DNA from: a virus
Direction: 5' to 3' (one strand)
Virus record (IMG/VR): IMGVR_UViG_3300045988_126295
Coordinates: 1 to 61,683 of that record
DNA: 61,683 bases
Below, one piece after another: positions 1 through 9,416 of the stretch; the stretch's first letter is position 1; each line of letters opens with the position of its first letter. The position numbers were made by a program, and so were the translations under genes. A model generated the notes under the pieces. It ran no database searches and was not told the DNA's origin. It saw only the letters and a list, made by a program, of their open reading frames with translations.

Positions 1-99
1 ATAGTTGTTCACATCTCCTGTTATAGCAGATGTTGTCAATGACGGAGCAACATCCGGAGAAATTATTCCGCTAATAAATAGCGGCCCTTGAAAAAAAGC
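1..99. repeat. Terminal direct repeat copy 1 (identical to 61585..61683); circular or circularly permuted genome, or assembly overlap
   Basis: The first 99 nt (atagttgttcacatctcctg...cccttgaaaaaaagc) recur exactly as the last 99 nt of the window. Unique unit = 61,584 bp. Confidence 0.9.
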
Positions 100-114
100 A
101 TAATCAATGAGCAT
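1..114 (-). CDS. 5' end (38 codons) of the CDS that continues at 61584 after circular wrap (same gene as 61183..61683)
   Basis: The frame of ORF 61183..61623 stays open through the repeat. It reaches an ATG at 114..112, 2 nt after the TAA (119..117) of the upstream gene, giving MLIDYAFFQGPLFISGIISPDVAPSLTTSAITGD... Confidence 0.55.
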   Translation of the reverse strand, partial: MLIDYAFFQGPLFISGIISPDVAPSLTTSAITGDVNNY

Positions 115-116
115 AA

Positions 117-302
117 TTAAACATTTTTATTGTCCGCAACCGGAGATGTCTTTTCTCGTTTTTCAGGAATCTCGCGTTTTTCGGAGGATTTAGGGGCGCC
201 TTCCTCAATGGAAATAAGCCCCATTTCCTTCCTTATTCGGTTTTCCTGAATGATCTTATCTACTTCCAGTTGACTACCTCGTATAATTATAACCTTATCC
301 AT
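117..302 (-). CDS. Hypothetical small protein downstream of capsid gene
   Basis: 61 aa. Its ATG (302..300) overlaps the capsid TAA by 1 nt (TAATG coupling). Lys/Glu-rich tail. Confidence 0.55.
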   Translation of the reverse strand: MDKVIIIRGSQLEVDKIIQENRIRKEMGLISIEEGAPKSSEKREIPEKREKTSPVADNKNV

Positions 303-1870
303 TAGGCAGCAACTTTAATGGCAGTTATCACATCGGCAATATTACCGTATGTAAATGCAGCCGGGTTGTAAACAGGCATCTGAACCTCTTCCTGTGCAAT
401 GAGGACAACAGTATTGCGGAGCTTTGTTTCCACATCTTCTGCAAACTCAACGCTAAGATTGCTCCAGTCGACCAGAGAAGCTCCGTTTGTCATATCTCCT
501 GCAAAATACTTGCCCGGGTTGATCTTCGTTGTTTCAATAATAGGTCTTCCGGAAATATACTTGACACCGTTAACGGTAGTAACAAGGCCGAGAGACCGTC
601 CGGATGTATCTTTTGCCGTTTCTGCATCGAATACGGTAGACGGGTTAAGCGCAATGAACGAAGGCGTGTATTCCGCATAGGTCATGATTGCGAAGATAGC
701 ATTGATTGCATCGCCGATATTAGGAGATACAACAGAATTGAACAGGTTGTTCTTAACTGTGAATGTGACAGCGGATGTCGCATCAGCTACGGCAGCGTAT
801 GCATAGTCAACAACAATCTTTCTGTCATTCATCTTATGAACAACATAAGTAGAGTTGAAACCTTCAACGGAAGAACCTGCAAACGTAATCTTTTGACCGT
901 CCATGATTTCAGGCTGTGCTTCTGTAAACTCAACAATGGACTGTTTGCCGCCATTGTAAGTGCTTACCGACTTAACAGAACCCTTAGCGCCGGTTACCAC
1001 GTCTTTGCTTATTATATTTTCTGCCGGAAGAATATCTTCGTAGTTTGCAATACCTTTCAGGTTATCGCCTTGTCCGTCACCGAACATGATTTGGAAATCC
1101 TCAGCCATTCTAACCCAAGAGGTAAGACGGTTCATAAGCCATGAGCGTACATAGATACGAGACTTAAGCAATCGCTTGCTCAACGGAACATAAGTACCAA
1201 TGCGGCACACGCCAACGGTCTGCTCCTTGATCTTGAATGAAGATTCAGGAAGTCTTCCGTTCTCTGAAACAGCAGCAGCGTTTCTGTCAAGATCGTAGAT
1301 CTGCGTAAATGTGATTGTAGGATATGCAGGGTCTCCCTGGTCTACGGTCATGATGTCGCGAATGTGCGCTCCTTCATTGATCTTAGTTACAACAAGGCTG
1401 CTTTGACGAGTGATTAGCTTGTCTCCGGCATAGTTATTAGTCATGCTGACCGGGTCTGTCACATCTTTCAAATCAATGTCAAAGCGGCCTGAACTCTTTG
1501 TTTTCCCGTCCAAGAAGTCTTTAAACTTCTCTGAATCCAAGAACTCATCAATCTTTTTGCCAAGATTGTTAGAGTTTCCGTTTACGTTAAAGCCCTTTGC
1601 CTTCAACACTTCCAGCTGTTTTGACAACTCTTTGATTTCTTCTTTGAACTCGCCCAGTTCCTTAACAGCAAGACCAACCTTGCCATCTTCGTTTAGGGCC
1701 TTAAGCTGCTCATCTACGCTTTTCATTTTCTCGTTGAATGAACTTTCAGAGATAAGCCCCTTGAGAAGCTCCTCCACCGTATCATTCACCTTTTTTTGAA
1801 TTGTACCAAGAGTTTGCTTTTCCTCCAATGTCAATTCGTTTTCTTTTTTTGCAAATTCAATCAAATTCAT
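302..1870 (-). CDS. Major capsid protein (HK97-like, with N-terminal coiled-coil delta-type segment)
   Basis: 522 aa, immediately after the prohead protease in the order terS-terL-portal-protease-capsid. The first ~100 aa are a coiled coil (EELLKGL..., KELSKQLEVLKAKG). Confidence 0.8.
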   Translation of the reverse strand: MNLIEFAKKENELTLEEKQTLGTIQKKVNDTVEELLKGLISESSFNEKMKSVDEQLKALNEDGKVGLAVKELGEFKEEIKELSKQLEVLKAKGFNVNGNSNNLGKKIDEFLDSEKFKDFLDGKTKSSGRFDIDLKDVTDPVSMTNNYAGDKLITRQSSLVVTKINEGAHIRDIMTVDQGDPAYPTITFTQIYDLDRNAAAVSENGRLPESSFKIKEQTVGVCRIGTYVPLSKRLLKSRIYVRSWLMNRLTSWVRMAEDFQIMFGDGQGDNLKGIANYEDILPAENIISKDVVTGAKGSVKSVSTYNGGKQSIVEFTEAQPEIMDGQKITFAGSSVEGFNSTYVVHKMNDRKIVVDYAYAAVADATSAVTFTVKNNLFNSVVSPNIGDAINAIFAIMTYAEYTPSFIALNPSTVFDAETAKDTSGRSLGLVTTVNGVKYISGRPIIETTKINPGKYFAGDMTNGASLVDWSNLSVEFAEDVETKLRNTVVLIAQEEVQMPVYNPAAFTYGNIADVITAIKVAA

Positions 1871-1882
1871 TTCTTCTAATTA

Positions 1883-2839
1883 TTATATTAAACCTTTAAT
1901 AGCGAGTCCCTCCAATGAAAAAGTGCTTTTGCGGCTTTCTTCTTGGTGAGTGCCCTCCGGCGGCTCTGTATTCTTGTTTATGAAACTCTTATAAATCCTT
2001 GCATAGCATTTAGGACACCTTACATAAGCGGCAAGTTCTTCGATGCTTTTCTTTGACGATACGATATTAAGAACCTGTTCCTGTATCTCCGGTTTAAGCT
2101 TTGCCATTTCCGCAGACACTACATCCTCTGCTATCCAACGTGTATAATTCCCTACACTGTCCAATACTTGGTTTTCGAATGTCTCTTCCGGCACACTATT
2201 GTAATCAAAGGAAAGCCCGCAATGAGGACACGTCACAATATCCTGCCCGGATAATGCCTTTTCTACCAAACTTAAATTCATGTCTAATTCTTTTAATTTA
2301 TCATCGGAATAACGCATCGTAAGAGCTTTTTTAAGGAAACCTATATGCTCCTGAATTGTCTGCTTGTCTGCGTTCTTAATATCAATAAGAAAGGTTTGCG
2401 GATTGGCTCCCCATGATGATAAGGTTGAATATTCCCACAAAGACCACTCTTTTACAATTCTTCTATCTTTATCGTCTCTCTTTATAGCCTTTACCCCGAT
2501 AGAGTGTTCAAGGGTCTTTCCGTATTCTGCGTAAAGTTTGTAGTCCTCCAGCACATCTCGTCCTATCTGTTTTTTTAAATTGATAGCACCTGTCATAACA
2601 AGGTTTCCGTCAATCTCTTTACCCTCTATCGGACATCCGAGCAGAATGCCTCTGTCATGATTATACAGCCATTTAACCCTGCTGAAGTTTTCTTTCAACG
2701 TCTTATTGAAAGAACCTTTAGCCGATATATCACCATCCGCATCCTGAATGCCTATTCCGTTTACAGCGACAGTTACAATGCCTTTCTCGTCAACATCGTT
2801 CGTCCTTGTCTTACATGTTATGTCTCTAAGCTGCTCCAT
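1883..2839 (-). CDS. Prohead serine protease (HK97 / S78-like) with C-terminal zinc-ribbon
   Basis: 318 aa. The N-terminal half has the prohead-protease pattern (DADGDISAKGSF..., WLYNHD, LEHSIGVKA). C-terminal CPHCG...CPKC. Lies between portal and capsid. Confidence 0.75.
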   Translation of the reverse strand: MEQLRDITCKTRTNDVDEKGIVTVAVNGIGIQDADGDISAKGSFNKTLKENFSRVKWLYNHDRGILLGCPIEGKEIDGNLVMTGAINLKKQIGRDVLEDYKLYAEYGKTLEHSIGVKAIKRDDKDRRIVKEWSLWEYSTLSSWGANPQTFLIDIKNADKQTIQEHIGFLKKALTMRYSDDKLKELDMNLSLVEKALSGQDIVTCPHCGLSFDYNSVPEETFENQVLDSVGNYTRWIAEDVVSAEMAKLKPEIQEQVLNIVSSKKSIEELAAYVRCPKCYARIYKSFINKNTEPPEGTHQEESRKSTFSLEGLAIKGLI

Positions 2840-4202
2840 TGCTATTTGATTTTGTGTTACCTGAAAAAATAATACCTTTGATTCTCTCCACTTCCTGATC
2901 GCTCATTTCCAATATGAGCTTGTCGTATAAAGGGTTTGAAACCTTTGATTCGCCTATCTGTGCCCGCCAATCATTAAGGGTTATTACCCCGCTAAGAAAC
3001 TCGTTTTTACATTTTACCGAGATAATGTTTAAAGTCTCTTGTCTCTCTTTATTTCCTGATTGCAAGGCATCCACGTCTGAATAATCCACATCTAAGTACA
3101 AACCGCTGTTTTCAAGTCCTAAGAATCGGGTAAGGCTTCTTGCGAAAGATTTAGCCTCCGGGATAACGATGTTGTAGTAGACGCTTCTTTCCGCTGTTTG
3201 CTGATTGTTGAAAGTGCTATTGTCCTTTCTTGGCACAAGCTGCGCAGGTATAGAGAACGCACCGGCTATTGATATGGCATCCTGCAACGTCTCGTCAAAC
3301 GGTTGCAATTCCTGAATACTCATAGAGGTTCGAATAAAGTCCGTATCTGTATCTATTATTGCTACCGGATATTTATCTTCTCCTAATCCGTACACAGTAT
3401 TGTATTCTTCGCGGATATTCTTTTTCTCGTCAGGAGTTAGAGCGACTGTCCCGGTTTCATCTTTCTTTCTTGATACAATGATGCCGAGAGCGCCTCTCTT
3501 GGTGTATATAACATTCCTTGCTTCATACACAGATATAAGATTGGATATAGGCTTTATCTGTGATACAAGCCTGCTTTGTCCCTTGAGGTTACAGGTAAAG
3601 GTATTTACATTAGGCTCCTTCACATGAAGAACAGTTTCCGGCGGCATATCATCCATAATACCGGAATAAGACAGTCTGTAATATTGGATTATATCAGATA
3701 CACTTGCCGGAGAAAACAAGGGAGCATTGTTGTATGCTACAATATCAACGCTGCCGGATGGAAGGACCCAATAATCATCGCACCTTTTCCATAGTTCTTT
3801 TTGCGTTTCTGAAAACACAGATGCTTTGATAAATGAGTTACCTGTCAGAAATTTATATAGAAAGTGAAGTGATACGAACTCATCAAATGATTGAAGTGCG
3901 TTTGGCTGTGTCAAGAACTTGTTTATGCTATCATTGTTGAATACGACTGAATCGTCCTTTGTTGATTTTAGCATAAAATTACCCTTGACAATCTTGTCTA
4001 CCAAATATCTTACCGGGAAAAACACTTCCGGCACAGATTCGTATAGGGTTATGAAGTTACCGGAGGCTACATAAGGAGAGGCGATGTCATATAGCGTGTT
4101 GCGCACATATCCGTAGACATTCCCCTGTTTGTCGCTGATTAAATCTTTGGACTTGCCTCCAATAGATAAATGAAAATTCTTTGTCTCAAAAGATAAATTC
4201 AT
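2826..4202 (-). CDS. Portal protein
   Basis: 458 aa between the large terminase and the protease. ATG verified. Size and position fit HK97-family portals. Confidence 0.75.
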   Translation of the reverse strand: MNLSFETKNFHLSIGGKSKDLISDKQGNVYGYVRNTLYDIASPYVASGNFITLYESVPEVFFPVRYLVDKIVKGNFMLKSTKDDSVVFNNDSINKFLTQPNALQSFDEFVSLHFLYKFLTGNSFIKASVFSETQKELWKRCDDYWVLPSGSVDIVAYNNAPLFSPASVSDIIQYYRLSYSGIMDDMPPETVLHVKEPNVNTFTCNLKGQSRLVSQIKPISNLISVYEARNVIYTKRGALGIIVSRKKDETGTVALTPDEKKNIREEYNTVYGLGEDKYPVAIIDTDTDFIRTSMSIQELQPFDETLQDAISIAGAFSIPAQLVPRKDNSTFNNQQTAERSVYYNIVIPEAKSFARSLTRFLGLENSGLYLDVDYSDVDALQSGNKERQETLNIISVKCKNEFLSGVITLNDWRAQIGESKVSNPLYDKLILEMSDQEVERIKGIIFSGNTKSNSNGAA

Positions 4203-4206
4203 GCTT

Positions 4207-4244
4207 AAATAAAAAAGGCAACAACCATATACATGATTATCGCC
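4207..4244 (-). terminator. Intrinsic terminator at the end of a short leader, 4 nt before the portal ATG
   Basis: Minus strand: GGCGATAA / TTGTTGCC 8-bp stem (two G-U pairs) followed by UUUUUUAUUU. Confidence 0.55.
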
Positions 4245-4308
4245 TTTGGTCTTTTAGTTCAACAATGGGTAGTATGTTACTTAACATACCAAAGGCTATT
4301 ATTTTATG

Positions 4309-4340
4309 CAAATATACTAACTAACATATTGAATAGCAAA
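4309..4340 (-). promoter_or_regulatory. Bacteroidota-type promoter (-33 TTTG / -7 TATATTTG) between terL and portal
   Basis: Minus strand TTTG (4340..4337), 20 nt spacer, TATATTTG (4316..4309). Full match to TTTG-N19-21-TAnnTTTG. Confidence 0.6.
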
Positions 4341-4384
4341 TAAAAAACGAACTATTTTTATTTAGACTAAGTAAAAATAACAAT

Positions 4385-6400
4385 TTAAAAAAAATTCTTT
4401 CTTATATACTTGGACATGGCGGATATGATGTTAATAGCAGAGGCGCTGTCCTTACCGTTATAGTCCAAAAAGTCATTCATAAATAACAGATAATCAGCAT
4501 TACTTTCATAACCGCCTGAAAACCTTACTTTCTTCCTGATAAAGTCTTTGTTAGCCTCTATTCTAAGCTTGTAATCGGATGAAGAAGATATTACCTTTAT
4601 TTCCCTTAATTCCCTCAACTCCCTTACTGTATGGAAGAATGCTTTTTCGCACTCGAATATAACAAGACCCTTTGCGTTTTCAACACATCTGAATAACATA
4701 TCGCTGTCATAGCAGCCATGATATACTACATATTTTATATCTATGAAATCATGTATAACGCACGACACAGCGGTCATCATTCCGAAATTATCAGGAATAA
4801 CGTATAACAACTCGCTTCCGGCTGCATCCGCATTAAAGTACAACACATCATCTTCGGATTGAACACTTCTTTTCCTCTTGAGGGAGAATCTTGTATATTC
4901 ATCTTTGAACACGTCTACAACAACGTATCTAAATGTGTCCGTACAATGTCCAAACTCCTCATAGCTTTGCCCGGTTTCCTTATTTTTAATCCTTTGCTTT
5001 AAAATAGCCCCGTTGGCATCTTTCTTCACGTTCTCATAGTCTCTTATTGACTTCTTACAAGAATCGTCTATACCTATATTTATTCCGTATAGATTACCGG
5101 ACAATATGGCATTTATAAACTCACCCGACAAAGCGACTGAAGGATTAGAGGCGGGAACACAGTCATTAACTACAAACCTCTGTTCCAAGCACTCAATAAA
5201 CTTATCCAAAAATGACCTCTTTTCGTCATCTATTGTATTACCGCTTCTTGTAGTGGCATCCCCATGAACAAATAACACATCTGCATACCCGATAGACGTA
5301 AGCCAGTCCCTTGTCATTGACGCTGCCTGAGTAACGGTATTATTAGGATCTTCCGCGCATATTTCGTGTATCTGCCTGAAATTGTTGTCGTTTTTTTGCC
5401 ATAGCGTTACGGTAATATATGGAAGTACGTTATTATCAACCGATATATGAATGGGTATTTTAGAATCATACGGATAGTTCCCCCTATGTTTTCCTGCATC
5501 AAATGCGTACAGGTATTCTCCGCCAGTCCTTATGCTACCCCAGTCTCCGAGAGCGTAAATGCGGTAATAGTTATAATCTCTATTTTTATCCTTTTCAAAA
5601 TCGGCAACCGCCTGCCTGTCATAAAAACCATAAGTGCCGTCAGGAGAACCGACAACCCAAAAATTATTAAGATAGGTAGACTTTAATATCAACGTGTCAG
5701 GCGCATGCACTTCCTCTTCTCCTGTACGTGGGTTGGTTATTATGCGGGGAGAGTTAATAAGTTTTTTGGTTATTGTAGTGTATTCCTTTGGCAATACATC
5801 TCCTGTCAATGTGTTTTTAATACCATACAGATAATTGTCGACCTCGTGCAAGTCCTCTTTGTCGAACACATTCTTCTTTATCCAGTGCTCCTCTGATATG
5901 GGGTTAAACATGGATATTATCTTTTGGCCCAAACGGCCTCTTAAACGTTTTTTTATCTGCTTGAAGTCAGCTTCGGCAAAATCACTCAACTCTTCGCATA
6001 CGACAAACTGATAACTTTCAAGACCTTTTATCTTTTCGGGATCATCAAGACCGCTAAATGTGATATATGAGCCGTTGAAGCATTTAATAGCGTTTTCCCT
6101 ATAATCAAATGCTTTTGAAACGCCGAGACTGTTAGCTGCTTCCTTAAATGCTTTATATATGCTGTCCGCTATGGTTGCACCAGTCTTCCTATAAACACGA
6201 GTATTATATCCGTCAGATAAGCAGAACAGTAATATAGCCTGTGCAACCGAAAAGGATTTGGACGAAGAAGAGCCACCGATCAAAAAGATAAACCGGATAT
6301 CATCATCTTTTAATGATTTTTTTAAATGATGAAAGTTTGGATTGAATTTCCGATAATCAAATGTGATCTTTTCATTTTTACTCATCTCCTGTATCAACAT
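4385..6400 (-). CDS. terL: Terminase large subunit
   Basis: About 671 aa. Walker-A-like FLIGGSSSSKSFS near the N-terminus, with a long ATPase plus nuclease-sized body. First ATG at 6400 (the track start at 6403 is TTG). Overlaps the terS stop. Confidence 0.85.
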   Translation of the reverse strand: MLIQEMSKNEKITFDYRKFNPNFHHLKKSLKDDDIRFIFLIGGSSSSKSFSVAQAILLFCLSDGYNTRVYRKTGATIADSIYKAFKEAANSLGVSKAFDYRENAIKCFNGSYITFSGLDDPEKIKGLESYQFVVCEELSDFAEADFKQIKKRLRGRLGQKIISMFNPISEEHWIKKNVFDKEDLHEVDNYLYGIKNTLTGDVLPKEYTTITKKLINSPRIITNPRTGEEEVHAPDTLILKSTYLNNFWVVGSPDGTYGFYDRQAVADFEKDKNRDYNYYRIYALGDWGSIRTGGEYLYAFDAGKHRGNYPYDSKIPIHISVDNNVLPYITVTLWQKNDNNFRQIHEICAEDPNNTVTQAASMTRDWLTSIGYADVLFVHGDATTRSGNTIDDEKRSFLDKFIECLEQRFVVNDCVPASNPSVALSGEFINAILSGNLYGINIGIDDSCKKSIRDYENVKKDANGAILKQRIKNKETGQSYEEFGHCTDTFRYVVVDVFKDEYTRFSLKRKRSVQSEDDVLYFNADAAGSELLYVIPDNFGMMTAVSCVIHDFIDIKYVVYHGCYDSDMLFRCVENAKGLVIFECEKAFFHTVRELRELREIKVISSSSDYKLRIEANKDFIRKKVRFSGGYESNADYLLFMNDFLDYNGKDSASAINIISAMSKYIRKNFF

Positions 6401-6908
6401 CAAAAAGCATACTCTTCAAATCAATCTTCGTAGGCTCGTCAAATCCGAGCATCTTACATATACGTTCGATAGCCTTTATCTTATCATAAAGTTCTATCTT
6501 CACGTATTCAACATCCACAATTTCCGGAGCGTCACTTGTTCCGATATTTTTTTTCAATATCTTGGTGGATATACTTTTTATCGCTGATTTCTCTTTGGCA
6601 GACAGTTTATCAAATTCTTTGCGTTCTATCCAAGTATTGTGCATATCCGCAATAGTAGAGAATGCAATCCCGGATAATTCTTGCAGAATACGCTCTTTGG
6701 TTATATCTGACTTGTTTTTTTGCTCTTTCTGCAACTCCTTGACCCTCGCCGCAATATCGTCCTGATTTAACAATTGAAAAGCCTTGTTGTTAACAGTTTC
6801 CGCTTTCATTTTCCCACACGAATAGGCACGACGATAAGCATCGGAAGCATTACCGCTTTCAATGTAATAATTGCAGAAGTTTTCTTGTTTGATTGTAAGT
6901 CCTTTCAT
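6378..6908 (-). CDS. terS: Terminase small subunit
   Basis: 176 aa. The N-terminal KQENFCNYYIESGNASDAYRRAY motif is typical of phage small terminases. Lies directly upstream of terL. Confidence 0.75.
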   Translation of the reverse strand: MKGLTIKQENFCNYYIESGNASDAYRRAYSCGKMKAETVNNKAFQLLNQDDIAARVKELQKEQKNKSDITKERILQELSGIAFSTIADMHNTWIERKEFDKLSAKEKSAIKSISTKILKKNIGTSDAPEIVDVEYVKIELYDKIKAIERICKMLGFDEPTKIDLKSMLFDVDTGDE

Positions 6909-6953
6909 GTCTTTTCGTCAGTATGGGTACACATGCCACTTGACATGCTTTTG

Positions 6954-6961
6954 CAAAGATA
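6954..6961 (-). promoter_or_regulatory. Candidate -7 box (TATCTTTG on minus strand) for the terS operon
   Basis: Plus strand caaagata, 46 nt upstream of the terS ATG. No clean -33 element. Confidence 0.4.
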
Positions 6962-7070
6962 ATAAACAATATGTGATATTTACAATTTATTTAGTTAAAA
7001 ATAATGTCTTTGTCTTATTGCGACTTACATGTTGTATAGCATAAAAAATAAAGTTTATTTCGCTTGCTTA

Positions 7071-7094
7071 CTATCAAATTTGATAGTATATTTG
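7071..7094 (+). promoter_or_regulatory. Perfect 16-bp palindrome CTATCAAATTTGATAG abutting -7 box TATATTTG (operator plus promoter)
   Basis: Palindrome 7071..7086 is followed directly by TATATTTG 7087..7094. Same CTAT-N8-ATAG / -7 layout as at 10346 and 12778. Confidence 0.55.
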
Positions 7095-7145
7095 CAATAT
7101 CAAATAACAATAGAACCGGCGGCAACGGATAAGCGGCATAAAGTT

Positions 7146-7586
7146 ATGATTACTATCAATCAAGTTGTTTTCAACAAAAAAGGTCAAAAAGGTACTATCA
7201 CTCGTATTATCACCAAATCAACCGGCTATGTAGAAGTTTCTTATGAGGCTGGATTCTCAAAAAAAGAAATGGCATTCAACCTTACCGACGAAAATGGTGT
7301 TTCCTTGAAAAAATCACCCAAAAAGGCAGAATTGAAAGCTTTAACCCCACTTGAAGAAATTCAAAACAAAATGATGTGGATTAATGGATGCGCATCCGGT
7401 GACAGAAACTCTATGAGCTATCAGATTTCAGCAGAAATGCTTTCTAAGATTGAAATGAAAGCTAAAGAATCCGGAAATGACTTTATTGCTTCAATTTGTC
7501 AATCAGTTGATAAATATATGAAGTGTTCTGAAAAACAGGCTTATTGCCTTGCTAAGTTTGCAATCGGAAACGAAATTAAATTATAA
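7146..7586 (+). CDS. Hypothetical protein
   Basis: 146 aa from the first ATG downstream of the 7087 promoter. The track ORF start at 7029 lies inside the promoter/operator. Confidence 0.6.
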   Translation: MITINQVVFNKKGQKGTITRIITKSTGYVEVSYEAGFSKKEMAFNLTDENGVSLKKSPKKAELKALTPLEEIQNKMMWINGCASGDRNSMSYQISAEMLSKIEMKAKESGNDFIASICQSVDKYMKCSEKQAYCLAKFAIGNEIKL

Positions 7587-7624
7587 TATATAATGCTGCG
7601 CTATCGGCATGACGGGCAAATAAT

Positions 7625-7831
7625 ATGAATAGCTATAATATTTTTGACGAAGAACACAGCGATACTATATTGTACCATGCGATAGCTCGTGACGAAGACC
7701 AAGTAAGAGAATTGGCAGAAGAGGCAGGTATAGACATATCCGGTCTTACCATCGATCTTGAGAGAGTGAATGCGAAGAATGAATTAGGCAGACCATATCC
7801 TGCGAGAATAGAGGATGCAGTAATCAGATAA
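7625..7831 (+). CDS. Hypothetical acidic protein
   Basis: 68 aa. ATG verified. Ends 2 nt before the next ATG. Confidence 0.55.
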   Translation: MNSYNIFDEEHSDTILYHAIARDEDQVRELAEEAGIDISGLTIDLERVNAKNELGRPYPARIEDAVIR

Positions 7832-7833
7832 CC

Positions 7834-8037
7834 ATGAATGACAGAGAACGAATAGGTAAGCGAATAGCAGAGCTTCGCATGGCAAAGGGAATATCGCAAG
7901 CGCAATTATCCGAGTTAACCGGGATTGCTCCCGGAAACATAGCCCGTATAGAGCTTGGAAAATACAGTACGGGTATAGATATTCTTTCCAAAATTGCAAA
8001 GGCATTGGATTACAAAGTTGACTTCGTGAAAGAATAG
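7834..8037 (+). CDS. XRE-family helix-turn-helix transcriptional regulator (Cro/CI-type)
   Basis: 67 aa. IGKRIAELRMAKGISQAQLSELTGIAPGNIARIELGK is a textbook HTH_3 pattern. Confidence 0.8.
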   Translation: MNDRERIGKRIAELRMAKGISQAQLSELTGIAPGNIARIELGKYSTGIDILSKIAKALDYKVDFVKE

Positions 8038-8054
8038 GCAGGCAATTGGCTTGC

Positions 8055-9254
8055 TTATTTTTTATTTACGTAATCTATTACCTTCCGATTAGCTTCATCC
8101 ACCTTCTTATTATCAAATCGTATGTATATATCCGTTGTAGTGCTATTTGCCCAACTGTGCCCAAGAGCATGCGCTATTACCTCTTTGGGAATGTCGAGCT
8201 CAGATGCTATTGTGGCCCAAGTATGACGCGTCCAATAAGAGGATAAATCAGGAAACAGAGGAGTTCTTATCTTTTTCCCGCCTAATCCTTTTCGTTCAAG
8301 TTTCCCGATCTGCTTTAGTCCTATCCCCATTCGATGCAGGAAGTCCTTGTAATTCCTGTATTCATCCATTATATTGAGAAGATAGCTTTTCCCTTTATAT
8401 TTTTCTATTATATCCATAGCCTCCGGTTCTACTTTTACGCTGTATAATTTCCCCGTTTTAGCCCTTTTGTATTCAAAGCGACCATTTACCAATGCGGAAT
8501 GTTTTGCGTTAAACAAATCGGCTGCATTTACCCCTATAAGGTAAAACATAAGCATAAATATATCTCTATATCTTATCTGATACTCCTCACATGGGTAATC
8601 TCTTAATAATCTAAGCTGTTCTACTGTGAGGCTGCGTTTCCGGGTTTCCTCTTTTTTTATTGAAAATCTTCTGAATGGATACAATGTCGTGTACTCTTCA
8701 TCAATGGCATAGTTGAATACGGTGCGTATGTTCCGTAAATGAATAGCGTAGGCGTTAACTTTCATCGTCTTTGCCATCCACGCTTCAAAATTTTCAAGCC
8801 ACGATTTATCCATGCTTTCAAACGTACAGCGGCTATCGTATTCTTTAATCTTGTTCCTTGTGGTTGTGTATACGGTCTTGGTACCTTGATTATTCTTTTT
8901 CGACATAAATTCATCAAGATAGTATAAGAATGTCTTTTCGTTTTGGGTCTTATTACTTATGGCTTCTTCGATCATTTTTTTTAATGATGCATCCGTTGTT
9001 GATTTCAACTTACCCTGTTGCTCCAACGTTAATATTACAGTTTCCGCCTTGTTTATTATCCCGCGAGCGACAATGTTTCTTGGTTTATAATTTTGTGCCC
9101 GTACGGAATACTCATTTCCAGCCCACTCTTTATCCGATGCGCTTAATTGTGTAGCTATCATTATTTGTTTATTATGGAACACGTTCAACTTTAGAGGATA
9201 AGTCCCGTCTTTTTTTTGCCTTCTTTTATCAAGGTAGAATTTAACTGTTGCCAT
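8055..9254 (-). CDS. int: Tyrosine site-specific integrase
   Basis: 399 aa. N-terminal arm-binding type VKFYLDKRRQKKDGTYPLKL. C-terminal catalytic TRHTWATIA...HALGH...TTDIYI. Adjacent to attP. Confidence 0.9.
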   Translation of the reverse strand: MATVKFYLDKRRQKKDGTYPLKLNVFHNKQIMIATQLSASDKEWAGNEYSVRAQNYKPRNIVARGIINKAETVILTLEQQGKLKSTTDASLKKMIEEAISNKTQNEKTFLYYLDEFMSKKNNQGTKTVYTTTRNKIKEYDSRCTFESMDKSWLENFEAWMAKTMKVNAYAIHLRNIRTVFNYAIDEEYTTLYPFRRFSIKKEETRKRSLTVEQLRLLRDYPCEEYQIRYRDIFMLMFYLIGVNAADLFNAKHSALVNGRFEYKRAKTGKLYSVKVEPEAMDIIEKYKGKSYLLNIMDEYRNYKDFLHRMGIGLKQIGKLERKGLGGKKIRTPLFPDLSSYWTRHTWATIASELDIPKEVIAHALGHSWANSTTTDIYIRFDNKKVDEANRKVIDYVNKK

Positions 9255-9274
9255 ATATCTATTTCTTTTTGTTT

Positions 9275-9348
9275 ATGCAAATCAAAAAATTTGCATAGAA
9301 TTTGCATACAAAGATAGGATTAAAAGGGCCTAAAAGGGTCTAAAAGGG
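9275..9348. promoter_or_regulatory. attP arm region with repeated motifs plus a candidate int promoter
   Basis: ATGCAAA 9275..9281 is inverted relative to TTTGCATA at 9290 and 9301. TAAAAGGG occurs three times at a 10-bp phase (9321, 9331, 9341). Minus-strand TATCTTTG lies at 9316..9309. Further TTGCATA copies are at 9520 and 9531. Confidence 0.5.
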
Positions 9349-9371
9349 GTATGTTATGCAGCATATATAAA

Positions 9372-9410
9372 AAAATCAGGCAGTCACTTTATTTGTAACT
9401 GCCTGATTTT
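9372..9410. terminator. Bidirectional hairpin terminator next to the tRNA-derived core
   Basis: aaaatcaggcagt / actgcctgatttt 13-bp stem flanked by an A-run and a T-run. On the minus strand it follows the tRNA 3' end. Confidence 0.6.
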
Positions 9411-9416
9411 CAGAAG

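Noticed and set aside
1-99. Genuine 99-bp direct terminal repeats of the virion DNA
   Set aside because: This cannot be excluded. However, an exact 99-bp overlap is a common assembler k-mer size, and a gene reads through the junction with good start context. Circular closure of the assembly is therefore the more economical reading.
7029-7145. N-terminal extensions of track ORFs (7029, 10416, 38175, 40651, 56767, 59657)
   Set aside because: The extensions run through promoters, operators or hairpins, or begin with TTG/GTG. In each case an internal ATG gives tighter packing with the upstream gene or a recognisable signal peptide or domain start.
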